Positions 48,300 through 61,600 of a stretch of DNA of 64,000 bases are shown here, in pieces. Numbering within the stretch: the stretch's first letter is position 1; every line of letters starts with the position of its first letter. Both the position numbers and the translations under genes were made by a program. The notes beneath the pieces were generated by a model, which saw only the letters and a list, made by a program, of their open reading frames with translations, did no database searches and was not told where the DNA came from. This DNA is from Macrostomum lignano (lineage: Eukaryota): contig NIVC01001119.1 of the NCBI GenBank assembly GCA_002269645.1, positions 186,001-250,000 of the forward strand, read 5' to 3'.

Positions 48300-50030
48300 T
48301 TTGGCCCTATGGGAGTGCCTAGATGCTTAGAGCTAGGTGCCTAGATTTGGGCCCATGGGAGTGCTTAGATGCTTAGAACTAGGTGCCTAGATTTGGGCCC
48401 ATGGGAGTGCCTAGATGCTTAGAGCTAGGTGCCTAGATTTGGGCCCATGGTAGTGCTTAGATGCTTATAGTTGGGGTGCCTAGATTTGGGCCCATGGGAG
48501 TGCTTAGATGCTTAGAACTAGGTGCCTAGATTTGGGCCCATGGGAGTGCCTAGATGCTTAGAGCTAGGTGCCTAGATTTGGGCCCATGGGAGTGCTTAGA
48601 TGCTTATAGTTGGGGTGCCTAGATTTGGGCCCATGGTAGTGCTTAGATGCTTAGAACTAGGTGCCTAGATTTGAGCCCATGGGAGTGCTTAGATGCTTAG
48701 AACTAGGTGCCTAGATTTGGGCCCATGGTAGTGCTTAGATGCTTAGAGCTAGGTGCCTAGATTTGAGCCCATGGGAGTGCTTAGATGCTTAGAACTAGGT
48801 GCCTAGATTTGGGCCCATGGGAGTGCCTAGATGCTTATAGTTGGGGTAGATTTGGGCCCATGGGAGTGCTTAGATGCTTAGAACTAGGTGCCTAGATTCG
48901 GGCCCATGGGAGTGCCTAGATGCTTAGAACTAGGTGCCTAGATTTGGGCCCATGGGAGTGCCTAGATGCTTAGAACTAGGTGCCTAGATTCGGGCCCATG
49001 GGAGTGCCTAGATGCTTATAGTTGGGGTAGATTTGGGCCCATGGGAGTGCCTAGATGCTTATAGTTGGGGTAGATTTGGGCCCATGGGAGTGCTTAGATG
49101 CTTAGAACTAGGTGCCTAGATTCGGGCCCATGGGAGTGCCTAGATGCTTATAGTTGGGGTAGATTTGGGCCCATGGGAGTGCTTAGATGCTTAGAGCTAG
49201 GTGCCTAGATTCGGGCCCATGGGAGTGCCTAGATGCTTATAGTTGGGGTAGATTTGGGCCCATGGGAGTGCTTAGATGCTTAGAACTAGGTGCCTAGATT
49301 CGGGCCCATGGGAGTGCCTAGATGCTTATAGTTGGGGTAGATTTGGGCCCATGGGAGTGCTTAGATGCTTAGAGCTAGGTGCCTAGATTCGGGCCCATGG
49401 GAGTGCTTAGATGCTTATAGTTGGGGTAGATTTGGGCCCATGGGAGTGCTTAGATGCTTAGAACTAGGTGCCTAGATTTGGGCCCATGGGAGTGCTTAGA
49501 TGCTTAGAACTAGGTGCCTAGATTTGGGCCCATGGGAGTGCTTAGATGCTTAGAACTAGGTGCCTAGATTTGGGCCCATGGGAGTGCTTAGATGCTTAGA
49601 GCTGAAGTGCCTAGATTTGGGCCCATAGGAGTGCTTAGATGCTTATAGCTGGGGTGCCTAGATTTGGGCCCATGGAGTGCTTAGATGCTTATAACTAGGT
49701 GCCTAGATTTGGGCCCATGGGAGTGCTTAGATGCTTAGAGCTGAAGTGCCTAGATTTGGGCCCATGGGAGTGCTTAGATGCTTAGAGCTGAAGTGCCTAG
49801 ATTTGGGCCCATAGGAGTGCTTAGATGCTTATAGCTGGGGTGCCTAGATTTGGGCCCATGGAGTGCTTAGATGCTTATAACTAGGTGCCTAGATTTGGGC
49901 CCATGGGAGTGCTTAGATGCTTAGAGCTGAAGTGCCTAGATTTGGGCCCATGGGAGTGCTTAGATGCTTATAGTTGGGGTGCCTAGATTTGGGCCCATGG
50001 GAGTGCCTAGATGCTTAGAGCTAGGTGCTT
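48300..50030. repeat. 46-bp satellite (TAGATTTGGGCCCATGGGAGTGCTTAGATGCTTAGAACTAGGTGCC), about 37 copies
   Basis: Direct inspection; degenerate progenitor-like units at 48230-48300. Confidence 0.97.
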
Positions 50031-50207
50031 GTACATGTAGATCTGGCGCTATGTAATCGCTAAAATTATTAAGAGGCTCAATAACTTGCGCAGAGCTCCA
50101 AGAAAACCAATGCATGTTCGCAGAAGATCACAGGATTTTGTTAAATTTTTTCAAACTTACTCGTTCCTAGCATGAGATCCGACCAAAACTAGCATAGCAA
50201 CCAAACT

Positions 50208-53200
50208 ATGCTGACGCCTCGTTCTTCGTTCCGCGCCATCGTCTATCAATTCGCCAACGATTCGAGCGTTCACGGGCTGTCCCGTTTAGTTGGCAATCGG
50301 CCAATTCACCTCAAACTGTGCTGGTGTCTCAGCTGCCTTCTGCTAGCCGGCTGGTTCGCCTTCTCGCTGTCAATCTGCGTAGGTAAACTGCTCAGCCGCA
50401 AGCATAGCACCGCTATTTACACTGAAGACGTGGATTTCCAGTTCCCGGATGTGTACATCTGCCCGACTAGTCCGTTCTCGGGCAGCTATTCGGTCAGCCT
50501 GAGCCAGTCGGATGCTGGGCAGCTGCGGACTAAACTGAAGGAAGTGGAAAGCTGGCTCAATGGAAGTCAGGCGAGTGCATGGCGGTGTTGGTTGGGGTGG
50601 TGGGTTATTGTGCAGTGCACATGTGCATGTACAGTCTGGGTGGGTGTCTTTGATGGCTCTGGTTTAGATAGATTAAATAATTAAGGGAAGACCAACTGAC
50701 TTAGGAGTGAATGGGTGAGCAGATGGAGTGAATGGGTGAGCAGATGGAGTGAATGGGGGCAAATTGGGGTAAATGAGGGCGGATAGGGTGAATGGGGCGG
50801 AGTGAATGGGGTTGCGGATGTAGTGAATGGGGCGGAGTGAATGGGGTTGCGGATGGAGTGAATGGGGCGGAGTGAATGGGGTTGCGGATGGAGTGAAATG
50901 GGGTTGTGGATGGAGTGAATTGGGTTGTGGATGGAGTGAAATGGGGTTGTGGATGGAGTGAATGGGGTTGCGGATGGAGTGAATGGGGTTGCGGATGGAT
51001 TGGATGGGGTTGCGGATGGAGTGAATTAATGGGGTTGCGGATGGAGTGAACGGGGATGCGGATGGAGTGAATGGGGTTGCGGATGGAGTGAATGGGGTTG
51101 CGGATGGAGTGAATGATATGGGGGTGGATGGAGTGAATGGGGTTGCGGATGGAGTGAATGGGGTTGCGGATGGAGTGAATGGGGTTGCGGATGGAGTGAA
51201 TGGGGTTGCGGATGGAGTGAATGGGGTTGCGGATGGAGTGAATGGGGTTGCGGATGGAGTGAATGGGGTTGCGGATGGAGTGAATGGGGTTGCGGATGGA
51301 GTGAATGGGGTTGCGGATGGAGTGAATGATATGGGGGTGGATGGAGTGAATGGGGTTGCGGATGGAGTAAATGGGGTTGCGGATGGAGTGAATGGGGTTG
51401 CGGATGGAGTGAATGGGGTTGCGGATGGAGTGAATTAATGGGGTTGCGGATGGAGTGAACGGGGATGCGGATGGAGTGAATGGGGTTGCGGATGGAGTGA
51501 ATGGGATTGCGGATGGAGTGAATGGGGTTGCGGATGGAGTGAATGGGGTTGCGGATGGAGTGAATGGGGTTGCGGATGGAGTGAATGGGGTTGTGGATGG
51601 AGTTGCGGATGGAGTTGCGGATGGAGTGAATTTGGCTGTTGGTGTGAATGAGTTCCGCATAGAGTGAACAGCGAGGATCACCATAAACCCCAACTCGCAG
51701 ACCGCAGCCAGCGGACAAGTGTCCGACCAAATAAAAGTGGCCGTGAACTCGCTGCCCTACCAGCTGCTGGCGGACACTATTGGCCATAGACTATCGCAGA
51801 TGGTCCCCCTATCCAGATTCCGAGGCGCCTGGACTGTTGGCCACCTGATGGACGGCAGCCTGCGCCAAGTTCGCTGGGAGCCATTCTACCATCCGGAGCA
51901 CCTGCGCTGCGCTAAACTGTTATTATCCGACCTTGAACAGCTAATGCTGAGTCTACCGATGAATCACCTGGAGATTCTATTAATAGCTGATTCGGCTACC
52001 CAGCTATTCTCACTGACCGACACGATTCATTTCTACGGTTCCGACGGCCCGAGACGGATTGCGGTGCCGGCAGCAAAGTGGAGCTTAGCCAATGGGTTTG
52101 ATGGCTTCAACTCGGCTGGGCTGAGGCTGCTGCTCACTGAAAAGAACACGTATCCTGGTGCACAGTCCGCTGGGATGCTGCTGTCGCCTGGGCTCGCTGT
52201 TGAAGCTAGAATCAGCATGCTGGAGACGAGGCACGATGTTGCCGAGTTCGGCGAAGAAGACTGCCTCGGCAAAGAGGTTGCCGGGCGCACCGTGTACTTT
52301 CTTAATCCTTACGATCATGCTAATCCGTACGAGTTTCGGTACAGCCAGGATTACTGCTATTATACGGGTGAGTGGGTGGGGCTTGTGGTAGAGTATGGGG
52401 CTTGTGGTAGAGTATGGGGCTTGAGGTAGTGTATGGGGCTTGAGGTAGTTTGTGGGGCTTGCGGTAGTGTATGGGGCTTGAGGTAGTGTATGGGGCTTGT
52501 GGTAGTGTATGGGGCTTGCGGTAGTGTATGGGGCTTGCGGTAGTGTATGGGGCTTGTGGTAGTGTATGGGGCTTGAGGTAGTGTATGGGGCTTGTGGTAG
52601 AGTATGGGGCTTGAGGTAGTGTATGGGGCTTGTGGTAGAGAAAGACTTGGGGTAGAGTGGGGCTTGTGTTAGAGTAAGGTTGTGGTAACCCTAACCCTAG
52701 ACCCTCACCCCAACCCTGACATCCTGAATCGATCAACCGCTTGCCAGAACTCCTCAGGCGGCAGTTTGGGCACTTCAACTGCAGCGAAGGCCAGTACCCC
52801 GCGCCGATGCCCGTCGTCAGCCCCGGCGGCGATGGCAAAGTGACTCTGGGCAGCTGCTACAACTGGTCTCTAGCCGCATCAATGTCATTCGGAGACGGCC
52901 TCAATCTCACCACTTTGAGAGCCGCACCGCGAGACGCGGCTCTCGCCTGCGCCAAGCAAAGACCCTGCCAACGACGGACCTACAGCGTGGCCTGGTCTGC
53001 GGCCATGTGGCCAAGCGAATCCGACGCCGTCCCTCTGGTTGCAGCTTTCCGCAGTCGCCTACAAGAAAAGCCGGCCGAACCGAAGCCGCTGTTTCACTAT
53101 CTGGTCAATAACTGCTCGGTTGGAGATGCCAAATTGTACAGCAGTCTGCGGGCTCAGGCCATGCTGCTGAAGCTGTCGGCAGCGAACCAGCTGTCCAGCC

Positions 53201-53469
53201 GGGTGCAGGTGTCCCTAGCTTACACCAGCTACGAGATGTTCGCAGAGGTTGGCGGCATACTTGGCTTGTATCTGGGCTGCTCTATTCTAACCATAGTTGA
53301 AGTGCTGGAATTGTTGCACAATCTATTAGCGCTGATGCTGTGTCCGACTACTAGCAGTAGTGATGACTGGGAGGAGCAGCCGAAATCTGACCAGGCCTCG
53401 GATTGGAAAGAAAATTCAACACCGGCAACCAACGAGATGTCGCTGCAGAGTCTCGAGGCCGACGGATGA
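50208..53469 (+). CDS. DEG/ENaC (amiloride-sensitive sodium channel/ASIC-like) subunit, 3 exons, about 580 aa
   Basis: Exons 50208-50570, 51701-52367 and 52748-53469. N-terminal SSVHGL (HG motif), TM1, FPDVYICP, and TM2 [19 protein letters not shown] with the GxS filter. Confidence 0.88.
50705..51625. repeat. 21-bp minisatellite (GGATGGAGTGAATGGGGTTGC), intronic
   Basis: DEG/ENaC intron 1. Confidence 0.96.
52375..52645. repeat. About 19-bp minisatellite (GGGGCTTGNGGTAGTGTAT), intronic
   Basis: DEG/ENaC intron 2. Confidence 0.93.
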
Positions 53470-53542
53470 AAATTTAATCTAACACTATCGAGAGCCTTCG
53501 AGACGGATACAGTCAAGTACAAGTGTTAAACTTTTTGTATAG

Positions 53543-53730
53543 TGGACTAGCTATCAGCGCCCCCCGCTGGGGAGGCGATAGAGAAAGGAATCAATGTTTT
53601 GAAGAAAAACTACATGCAGTTTTTAACCTTTCACTCTCTCTGATGCTTGGCCTACCAACAACTCCCAATTGACCCTTGGCATATCAACAATCCCCCAAGA
53701 GCCACAGCATTTCAGCGATTCCCCGTGAGC
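53543..53730 (+). repeat. Unclassified interspersed repeat (copy 2)
   Basis: Matches 23703-23945. Confidence 0.65.
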
Positions 53731-54954
53731 CTTAACGTCTTGGCAATTTTCCTTAACTAAACTCCTAAACTAAATTCACAAGATCTCACCTTCTAGACAA
53801 TTTCCAATTCCCGAGGGCAGCTTATCCGAGTTGATTTACAAGCCGAGTTATGTATAATTTTGAGGTTTTACCATAGACAAAACTTGCTTAGAAACGTAAG
53901 GAAATGCGCCCAGATAAAATACACTAATGGTATGGGTACTGTTCAATACCTTTGCAACAGGCATTGTAAAAAATTGAATAAAAAACCGAACTAGGCACTA
54001 TAAGTAGTATTTATCTAGTAAAGAAGTTGTGTTCAAATAGAACGAACTTCAATGCTGAAAACAAAGACAAGTTACCCGAGGGCAATAGATAAAACGGTTT
54101 ATTATCGAATACAACAGACTATAATTACAACAGCAATTAAGGTGTAACATTATTTTGCTTCGTTTGTTAATCTGCTAAAATCATAGTGACATAAGACGAT
54201 AAAACCTACTTATAGCAAAAGTACTTATAGGAAATATACTTCGATTTATCACAAAACTCAAAAACGCATTTGAAAAATTATAAGCTTCAATTTTTTTCTC
54301 TTGCAAAATGCATTTAAATAAAGTAGAAAAAATGTATAAAAAAACAAATCACAAAACTGGTAGATCTGCTAATTAAAGGACTAGAGTACATTTTTAGCTA
54401 AGCACAACAACGAGCTAACGGACATGACCCCTGTTGCGCGAGAATTTGCATTGAAAATATTGGATTTTATGAATAATTGTTTATATATCAGCAGCAGATA
54501 ATTCACAGTTAAAAGTTATAAAAATAAGCAGCGGAAAGTTTCGCTAAACTCTACTCATGCAGGCCAAACATAAGTAGTCAGTTGCACTGCGGGCTGCTAG
54601 TAAATCATTTTATAGGAGTAAATATGGAACGATACTGCAAGCATAAAATCTACATTTCATTTTTTGGTTTTGCACAAAAATGATATTGATGCTGCACTAA
54701 CTACTGTTAGTACTGTACTGTGAAAGTAATAGGATAGGAAAATATAGTAAGACTACAAGGTTTGCAACAAAATAAAGGACTGAGTTTATTATTTTACGAA
54801 AAACATCAAGATGAGTAATAAAATAATCTGATCTAATATGTGCGGATAAATCTAAATAAAAACTTCATCAAATCTAATGAATAAAACAACAAAAAACGTT
54901 TTTTATGTGCCGTGTGCTGTGTTGCTCAGCGGGTGCACCATTAGGTAGACAGCG

Positions 54955-55595
54955 AATCCCCATTAGGTAGACAGCGGATCCCTATTAGGTAGACAGCGGA
55001 TCCCAATTAGGTAGACAGCGGATCCCTATTAGGTTGATAGCGGATCCCTAATTAGGTTGATAGCAGATCCCCATGAGGTAGACAGCGGATCCCTGTCAGG
55101 TAGACAGCGAATCCCCATTAGGTAGACAGCGGATCCCAATTAGGTAGACAGCGGATCCCAATTAGGTAGACAGCGGATCCCCGTTAGTTAGATAGCGGAT
55201 TCCTATTAGTAGACAGCGGATCCCTATCAGGTAGACAGAGAATCCCCATTAGGTAGACAGCGGATCCCTAATAGGTAGACAGCGGATCCCTATTAGGTTG
55301 ATAGCGGATCCCTATCAGGTAGACAGCGAATCCCCATTAGGTAGACAGCGGATCCCTAATAGGTAGACAGCGGATCCCTATTAGGTTGATAGCGGATCCC
55401 TATCAGGTAGACAGAGAATCACCATTAGGTAGACAGCGGATCCCTAATAGGTAGACAGCGGATCCCTATTAGGTAGACAGCGGATCCTCATTAGGTAGAC
55501 AGCGGATCCCCGTTAGTTAGATAGCGGATTCCTATTAGTAGACAGCGAATACCAATTAGGTAGACAGCGGATCCCCATTAGGTAGACGGCGGATC
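54955..55595. repeat. About 22-bp minisatellite (ATTAGGTAGACAGCGGATCCC)
   Basis: Immediately downstream of the GABA-B receptor stop codon. Confidence 0.95.
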
Positions 55596-55610
55596 CCCAA
55601 AGCTCGCAGT

Positions 55611-58600
55611 TCACAGGTAGGTCTCAGTAGACAGCAGGTCGGTAGAAGCAACGGGACAATTCCTCTGCTGCTGCTGAGAGTGCAGCATCCGACTTGATGA
55701 GGCCACCACATCCGAGCAAGAGTAGAATCCGCTGGTAGCTTCGGCAACTTCGATGCCCAAACCGCCGCCACCGCGATGGCCTGCAGCCCCGCGACCCACG
55801 GTGCCGCCTCCGCCACTTTCGCTGCGAACTCTACCGCCAGCTCCGCCGTCGCCTCCGCCGCTAGCGCCGCAATTATCCATCCAATCAGCCAGCTGTTTGT
55901 GCAGGCTGCGCAATCTTACTTCGCAATTGCTAATCTGGCCTCTTAATTTGTCGTTCTCTTCTAGCATCTGTGCGTAGCGCTCCTCCTCCTCTTTAGACAC
56001 CTGCTAGTATTATGATTATTTGTTGAAAAATGTCGTCAAAATTCACTACTTGTCTACTGAATAGTAGAGTAGATGCAGAAATTATATTTGTAAGACAATA
56101 TTCGCTACTTGGCTACTTATAAGTAGCGTATTTAGCGCATTAACAATCAAAACCCACAAATTTCACGGGGACAAAATTTCGTAAATTTTTCTCGTAAATA
56201 TATTTAAGTAGGTAATATTTGCTACTTAGCTACTTTAAGTAGAATAGTTAGCATACAGACAAATGGTTGTAAAAGCCATTTGGAAAACCGGTAATAAGCA
56301 AGCGAGCCCCACACGTAAATGACTCACTGTTCCTCCGCCTGCTCCGTCCGGTCCGCTGCTGGTCCCGCCGTTGCTCTTGGATTCGCTCGACTGCGACTTC
56401 ACCACCTCGGCCACTTTGGGTAGAAACAGCAAGCCGAGGCTTAGCACGCAGCACAGCCAGGCGGCTATGCTCACGAAAGCAAAGATAGCGGTCTCCTGGG
56501 CGCTGATGATCAGAGTGACCGGGGCTGTGATGACGCACAGCACTACGGTGTTGTATACAGCCATGCCTGCGAAACGGCTGTCCCACACCTGCGGTTGATA
56601 GCGATAACCCTCATTGTTGGTTAATCTATTTCACAGATGGATTAGATAGGGAGAGGGCGTATGAGGGGAGGGGCGGGCGGGTAGAGGAAGGGTGGATAGG
56701 TAAAGGGGCAGATAGGTAGAGGGGCGGATAGAGAAGCGGATAGAGGAGCGGATAGGTAGAGAAGCGGACAGAGGAGCGGACAGGTAGAGAGGCGGACAAG
56801 TAGAGAGGCGGACAGGTAGAGAGGCGGACAGGTAGAGAGGCGGACAGGTAGAGAGGCGGACAGGTAGAGAGGCGGACAGGTAGAGAGGCGGACAGGTAGA
56901 GAGGCGGACAGAGGAGCGGACAGGCAGAGGCGGACAGGTAGAGAGGCGGACAGGTAGAGAGGCGGACAGGTAGAGAGGCAGACAGGTAGAGAGGCGGACA
57001 GGTAGAGAGGCAGACAGGTAGAGGCGGACAGGTAGAGAGGCGGACAGGTAGAGAGGCGGACAGAGGAGCGGACAGAGGAGCGGACAGCTAGAGGCGGACA
57101 GGCTGAGAAAACAAGTCGCACAGCAGTACTGGAGCGCCCACCTGTTTCAGCTTGACATTCCTGGTCTCGTACGCCAGCAGCAGGCCAAACAGCAGCAGCA
57201 GTCCCTTCCAGCCGAGCAGCACGCCGAGCCAAACCGCCCCATTCTTAGATTCGCAGCTGTTGCTATAGGGCTCGTATTCAACATCGTCATCCGAGCGTTC
57301 AATACGGAACAGTTCCCGTTTCATGCTCAGCGGATCGTTCACCTGCCAGGCGGTTAGGAAGGCTGCATCCAACAGGAACAGCACAGCAACGAAAGCGTAG
57401 GGCTCGAGTTGGGTGGCGCCCCGGCGACCGGTTGCCAGGCGATAGACGCTCCAGGTTTTGGCGAACAAAGAGCCGTAGCCGCCGGTGAAGCCAAGCGATA
57501 GAAGCCAGGCCTGAAGTGTGCGTGATTTAATTAAATGTCGTATTCGCGCTTAAATTGCTACTGATGAAAGAGTAGCTTAAGTAGTATGAAGCGCGCTTTT
57601 TATATAAACACCGACATCCCATCTAAAGCCATTGGTGTATAAATATTCTAAAATCGATAGCAGCTCTTCTAAATAAATACATCTAAAGACACATCATTAA
57701 CATAGCATTTAGAAACACTGACACAGCATCTAGAGACACTGACACAGCATCTAGAGACACTGACACAGCATCTAAAGACACTGACACAGCATCTAGAGAC
57801 ACTGAAACAGCATCTAAAGACACTGACACAGCATCTAAAGACACTGACACAGCATCTAAAGACACTGACACAGCATCTAGAGACACTGAAACAGCATCTA
57901 AAGACACTGACACAGCATCTAGAGACACTGACACAGCATCTAAAGACACTGACACAGCATCTAGAGACACTGAAACAGCATCTAAAGACACTGACACAGC
58001 ATCTAAAGACACTGACACAGCATCTAAAGACACTGACACAGCATCTAAAGACACTGACACAGCATCTAGAGACACTGACACAGCATCTAAAGACACTGAC
58101 GCAGCATCTAAACACACTGACACAGCATCTAGAGACACTGACACAGCATCTAGAGACACTGACACAGCATCTAAAGACACTGACACGGCATCTAAAGACA
58201 CTGACGCAGCATCTAAACACACTGACACAGTATCTAAACACACTGACGCAGCATCTAAAGACACTGACACAGCATCTAGAGACACTGAAACAGCATCTAA
58301 AGACACTGACACAGCATCTAGAGACACTGACACAGCATCTAAAGACACTGACGCAGCATCTAAACACACTGACACAGTATCTAAACACACTGACGCAGCA
58401 TCTAAAGACACTGACACAGCATCTAAAGACACTGACGCAACATCTAAACACACTGACGCAGCATCTAAACACACTGACACAGCATCTAAAGACACTGACA
58501 CAGCATCTAGAGACACTGACACAGCATCTAAAGACACTGACACAGCATCTAAAGACACTGACACAGCATCTAAAGACACTGACACAGCATCTAGAGACAC

Positions 58601-61600
58601 TGAAACAGCATCTAAAGACACTGACACAGCATCTAAAGACACTGACGCAGCATCTAAACACACTGACACAGCATCTAAAGACACTGACACAGCATCTAAA
58701 GACACTGACGCAACATCTAAACACACTGACGCAGGATCTAAACACACTGACACAGCATCTAAAGACACTGACACAGCATCTAGAGACACTGAAACAGCAT
58801 CTAAAGACACTGACACAGCATCTAAAGACACTGAAACAGCATCTAGAGACACTGAAACAGCATCTAAAGACACTGACACAGCATCTAAACACACTGACGC
58901 AGCATCTAAACACACTGACACAGCATCTAAAGACACTGACACAGCATCTAAAGACACTGACACAGCATCTAAAGACACTGACGCAGCATCTAAACATACT
59001 GACACAGCATCTAAAGACACTGACACAGCATCTAAAGACACTGACACAGCTAGCCTATAGTTAAAAAAATTCCTAGCAAGCCTTCAACTATTAACGCAAG
59101 TAGTGCAACAAGGTCGCTACTAACAAACCTTAGCATGGCACAGGACCCGAAACGACCCCGGCGACAGGTTCACGAAGCCGCCGCTGAACCGATCGACCCC
59201 GTAGACGATGACTGCCAGCAGGCTCAGCGAGCAACCCGCTAGCATGACTGCGTGCAGCACCGGCTGGCTGCAGGCCACCACCCGGTGACGCCGGTAGCGC
59301 CACAGGAAAACCGCGCCACCAGCGCAAGCCAGCAGACCCAGACAGGCTAGCAGCGACATAATCCAATACAGAACAGCGTTGACCGGGCGGAATAGCGGCT
59401 GGATTAGCGGCTCGGAGCGGGGTCGAACTCCGCCAGGCCAAACTGGTTCCCGTTGGAGTTCGAGTTTATCCTCCTGCACCTGGTAGCGTCCGATGGTTCT
59501 GTACCGGCCGTTGACTAGCTGCTCAATCTGTGTCCAAGCGATCCGATTGCCAAGGGAGTCGAAGAAGACTCTGGAGCTGACCCCGTCAAAGTTTGTAGCG
59601 TTCATTGCTCGGTAGAGTTCAAAGAATACGGGATTGTCCGGCTGTTGATGCGTAAAATTCAACAGTCGAAGGCCGCGACTTTTTAGTCTGGAAAAATAAA
59701 ATACGGCTATCAAATTCACTACTTGCCTACTGATAAGTAGAAGAGTTGAATTATTAAAAATTAAATTATCATTAAAACTTTACGACGTAGTTTAAATTAT
59801 GCCATAAATATTCTTTGCTTGGCTACTTATAAGTAGCGCAGTTTGAGTATTCAATCATTTTTTACAAAAAAATAACCTTGCTTCAGCCGAGTGCATGGCC
59901 AAAGCCAGGGCCCAGACAGCGTCGTAGGCGAACGGCGACTCCGGGAAGCCGAGAATGCTGCCAATATCGCTGCGATTCTTGCCGAGCCGTTCCAGTACAC
60001 GATTTTGAAACTGCCGAGCCGTCTAAAAGTTCGGTTAGTTGTAAATAACCATTACTTATGCGAAAAGTCGGACTTGTCCGTAAGAGATGTAATGCGAGTA
60101 TGCGAGAAGAACCTAGCGCATGACTACGGCCAGAGGAGTGAAGAGGAGAGGGGAAAGAGAAGAGAGAAGGTAGATAGAAGAAAGGAGAGGCGAGGGAATA
60201 AATTACAAGAGGGGAGACGAGAGGAGAGGAGAGAGAAGAGAAGAGAGGAAAGAGGAGAGAGGAAAGAGGAAGGGAGAAAAAAGAGAGGAGAAAGGAGAGG
60301 AGGAGAGAGAAGAGAGATAAGACAAGAGATAAATGAGAAGAGAGAGGACATTAGAGAGAAGAGAGCTGAGAAGAGAGACAAACCTTGAGCAGGCTGGATT
60401 GCTATTGTGAAGTTTCAAAGGACCCGATACAGTAGGCCCGCAGACTTACAATTCCAGAATAGGTTGGCTGGTCAAGCTCATTCCAAGTCATACTCTCCGT
60501 GGTCAAGTGCAAATCAGCGGCCATAGACATTTCGTCTGGGGTGCAGTTGACTCGCTCCGCAGCCGGCCATTTCAAATACCAATCGTCCGAGTACCAACCA
60601 ATTAGAAGCCATTGATAGCGGGGGCCGAACAGACCCTATAGGTACAGTTTTATTAGTGCATTAAATATTATGTCATGGGTTGGTGTTTTACACAATCAAC
60701 AAACACGTACAGTTAGTTTTTTTTTCTATTTTACCTGTTTATAAGCCTGACAGAATATCTGGCGGGCCAGTGGATCGTAGAACAGGCCGATTATTATTCT
60801 GCAGTTGGTGGCAATTATGATTTTGTAACTGTCTGCTCGTTGAAGAAGTCCAGGCAGCGATACGAGTTATACAGGGCTGTTTAAGCCCAGATTAGGGAAT
60901 GGTTTAAAGGGCTCTTTAAGCTCAGATTAGGGAATGGTTTAAAGGGCTGTTGAAGCCCAGATTAGGGAATGGTTTAAAGGGCTGTTGAAGCCCAGATTAG
61001 GGAATGGTTAAAGGGCTGTTGAAGCCCAGATTAGGGAATGGTTTAAAGGGCTGTTTAAGTACAGATTAGGGAATGGTTTAAAGGGCTGTTTAAGTACAGA
61101 TTAGGGAATGGTTTAAAGGGCTGTTTAAGTACAGATTAGGGAATGGTTTAAAGGGCTGTTTAAGTACAGATTAGGGAATGGTTTAAAGGGCTGTTGAAGC
61201 CCAGATTAGGGAATGGTTTAAAAGGCTGTTGAAGCTCAGATTAGAGAATGGTTTAAAGGGCTGTTTAAGTACAGATTAGGGAATGGTTTAAAGGGCTGTT
61301 TAAGTACATATTAGGGAATGGTATAAAGGGCTGTTTAAGTACAGATTAGGGAATGGTTTAAAGGGCTGTTGAAGCCCAGATTAGGGAATGGTTTAAAGGG
61401 CTGTTGAAGCCCAGATTAGGGAATGGTTAAAGGGCTGTTGAAGCTCAGATTAGGGAATGGTTTAAAGGGCTGTTTAAGTACAGATTAGGGAATGGTTTAA
61501 AGGGCTGTTGAAGCCCAGATTAGGGAATGGTTAAAGGGCTGTTAAAGCTCAGATTAGGGAATGGTTTAAAGGGCTGTTTAAGTACAGATTAGGGAATGGT

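Noticed and set aside
52375-52645. TGAGGTAGT (let-7 5' end) within the intronic repeat
   Set aside because: Only a 9-nt match, no complementary arm for a hairpin, and the rest differs from let-7.
57669-59047. Cys-rich 442-aa and 454-aa ORFs
   Set aside because: A 21-bp intronic minisatellite whose unit is a multiple of 3 and lacks stops.
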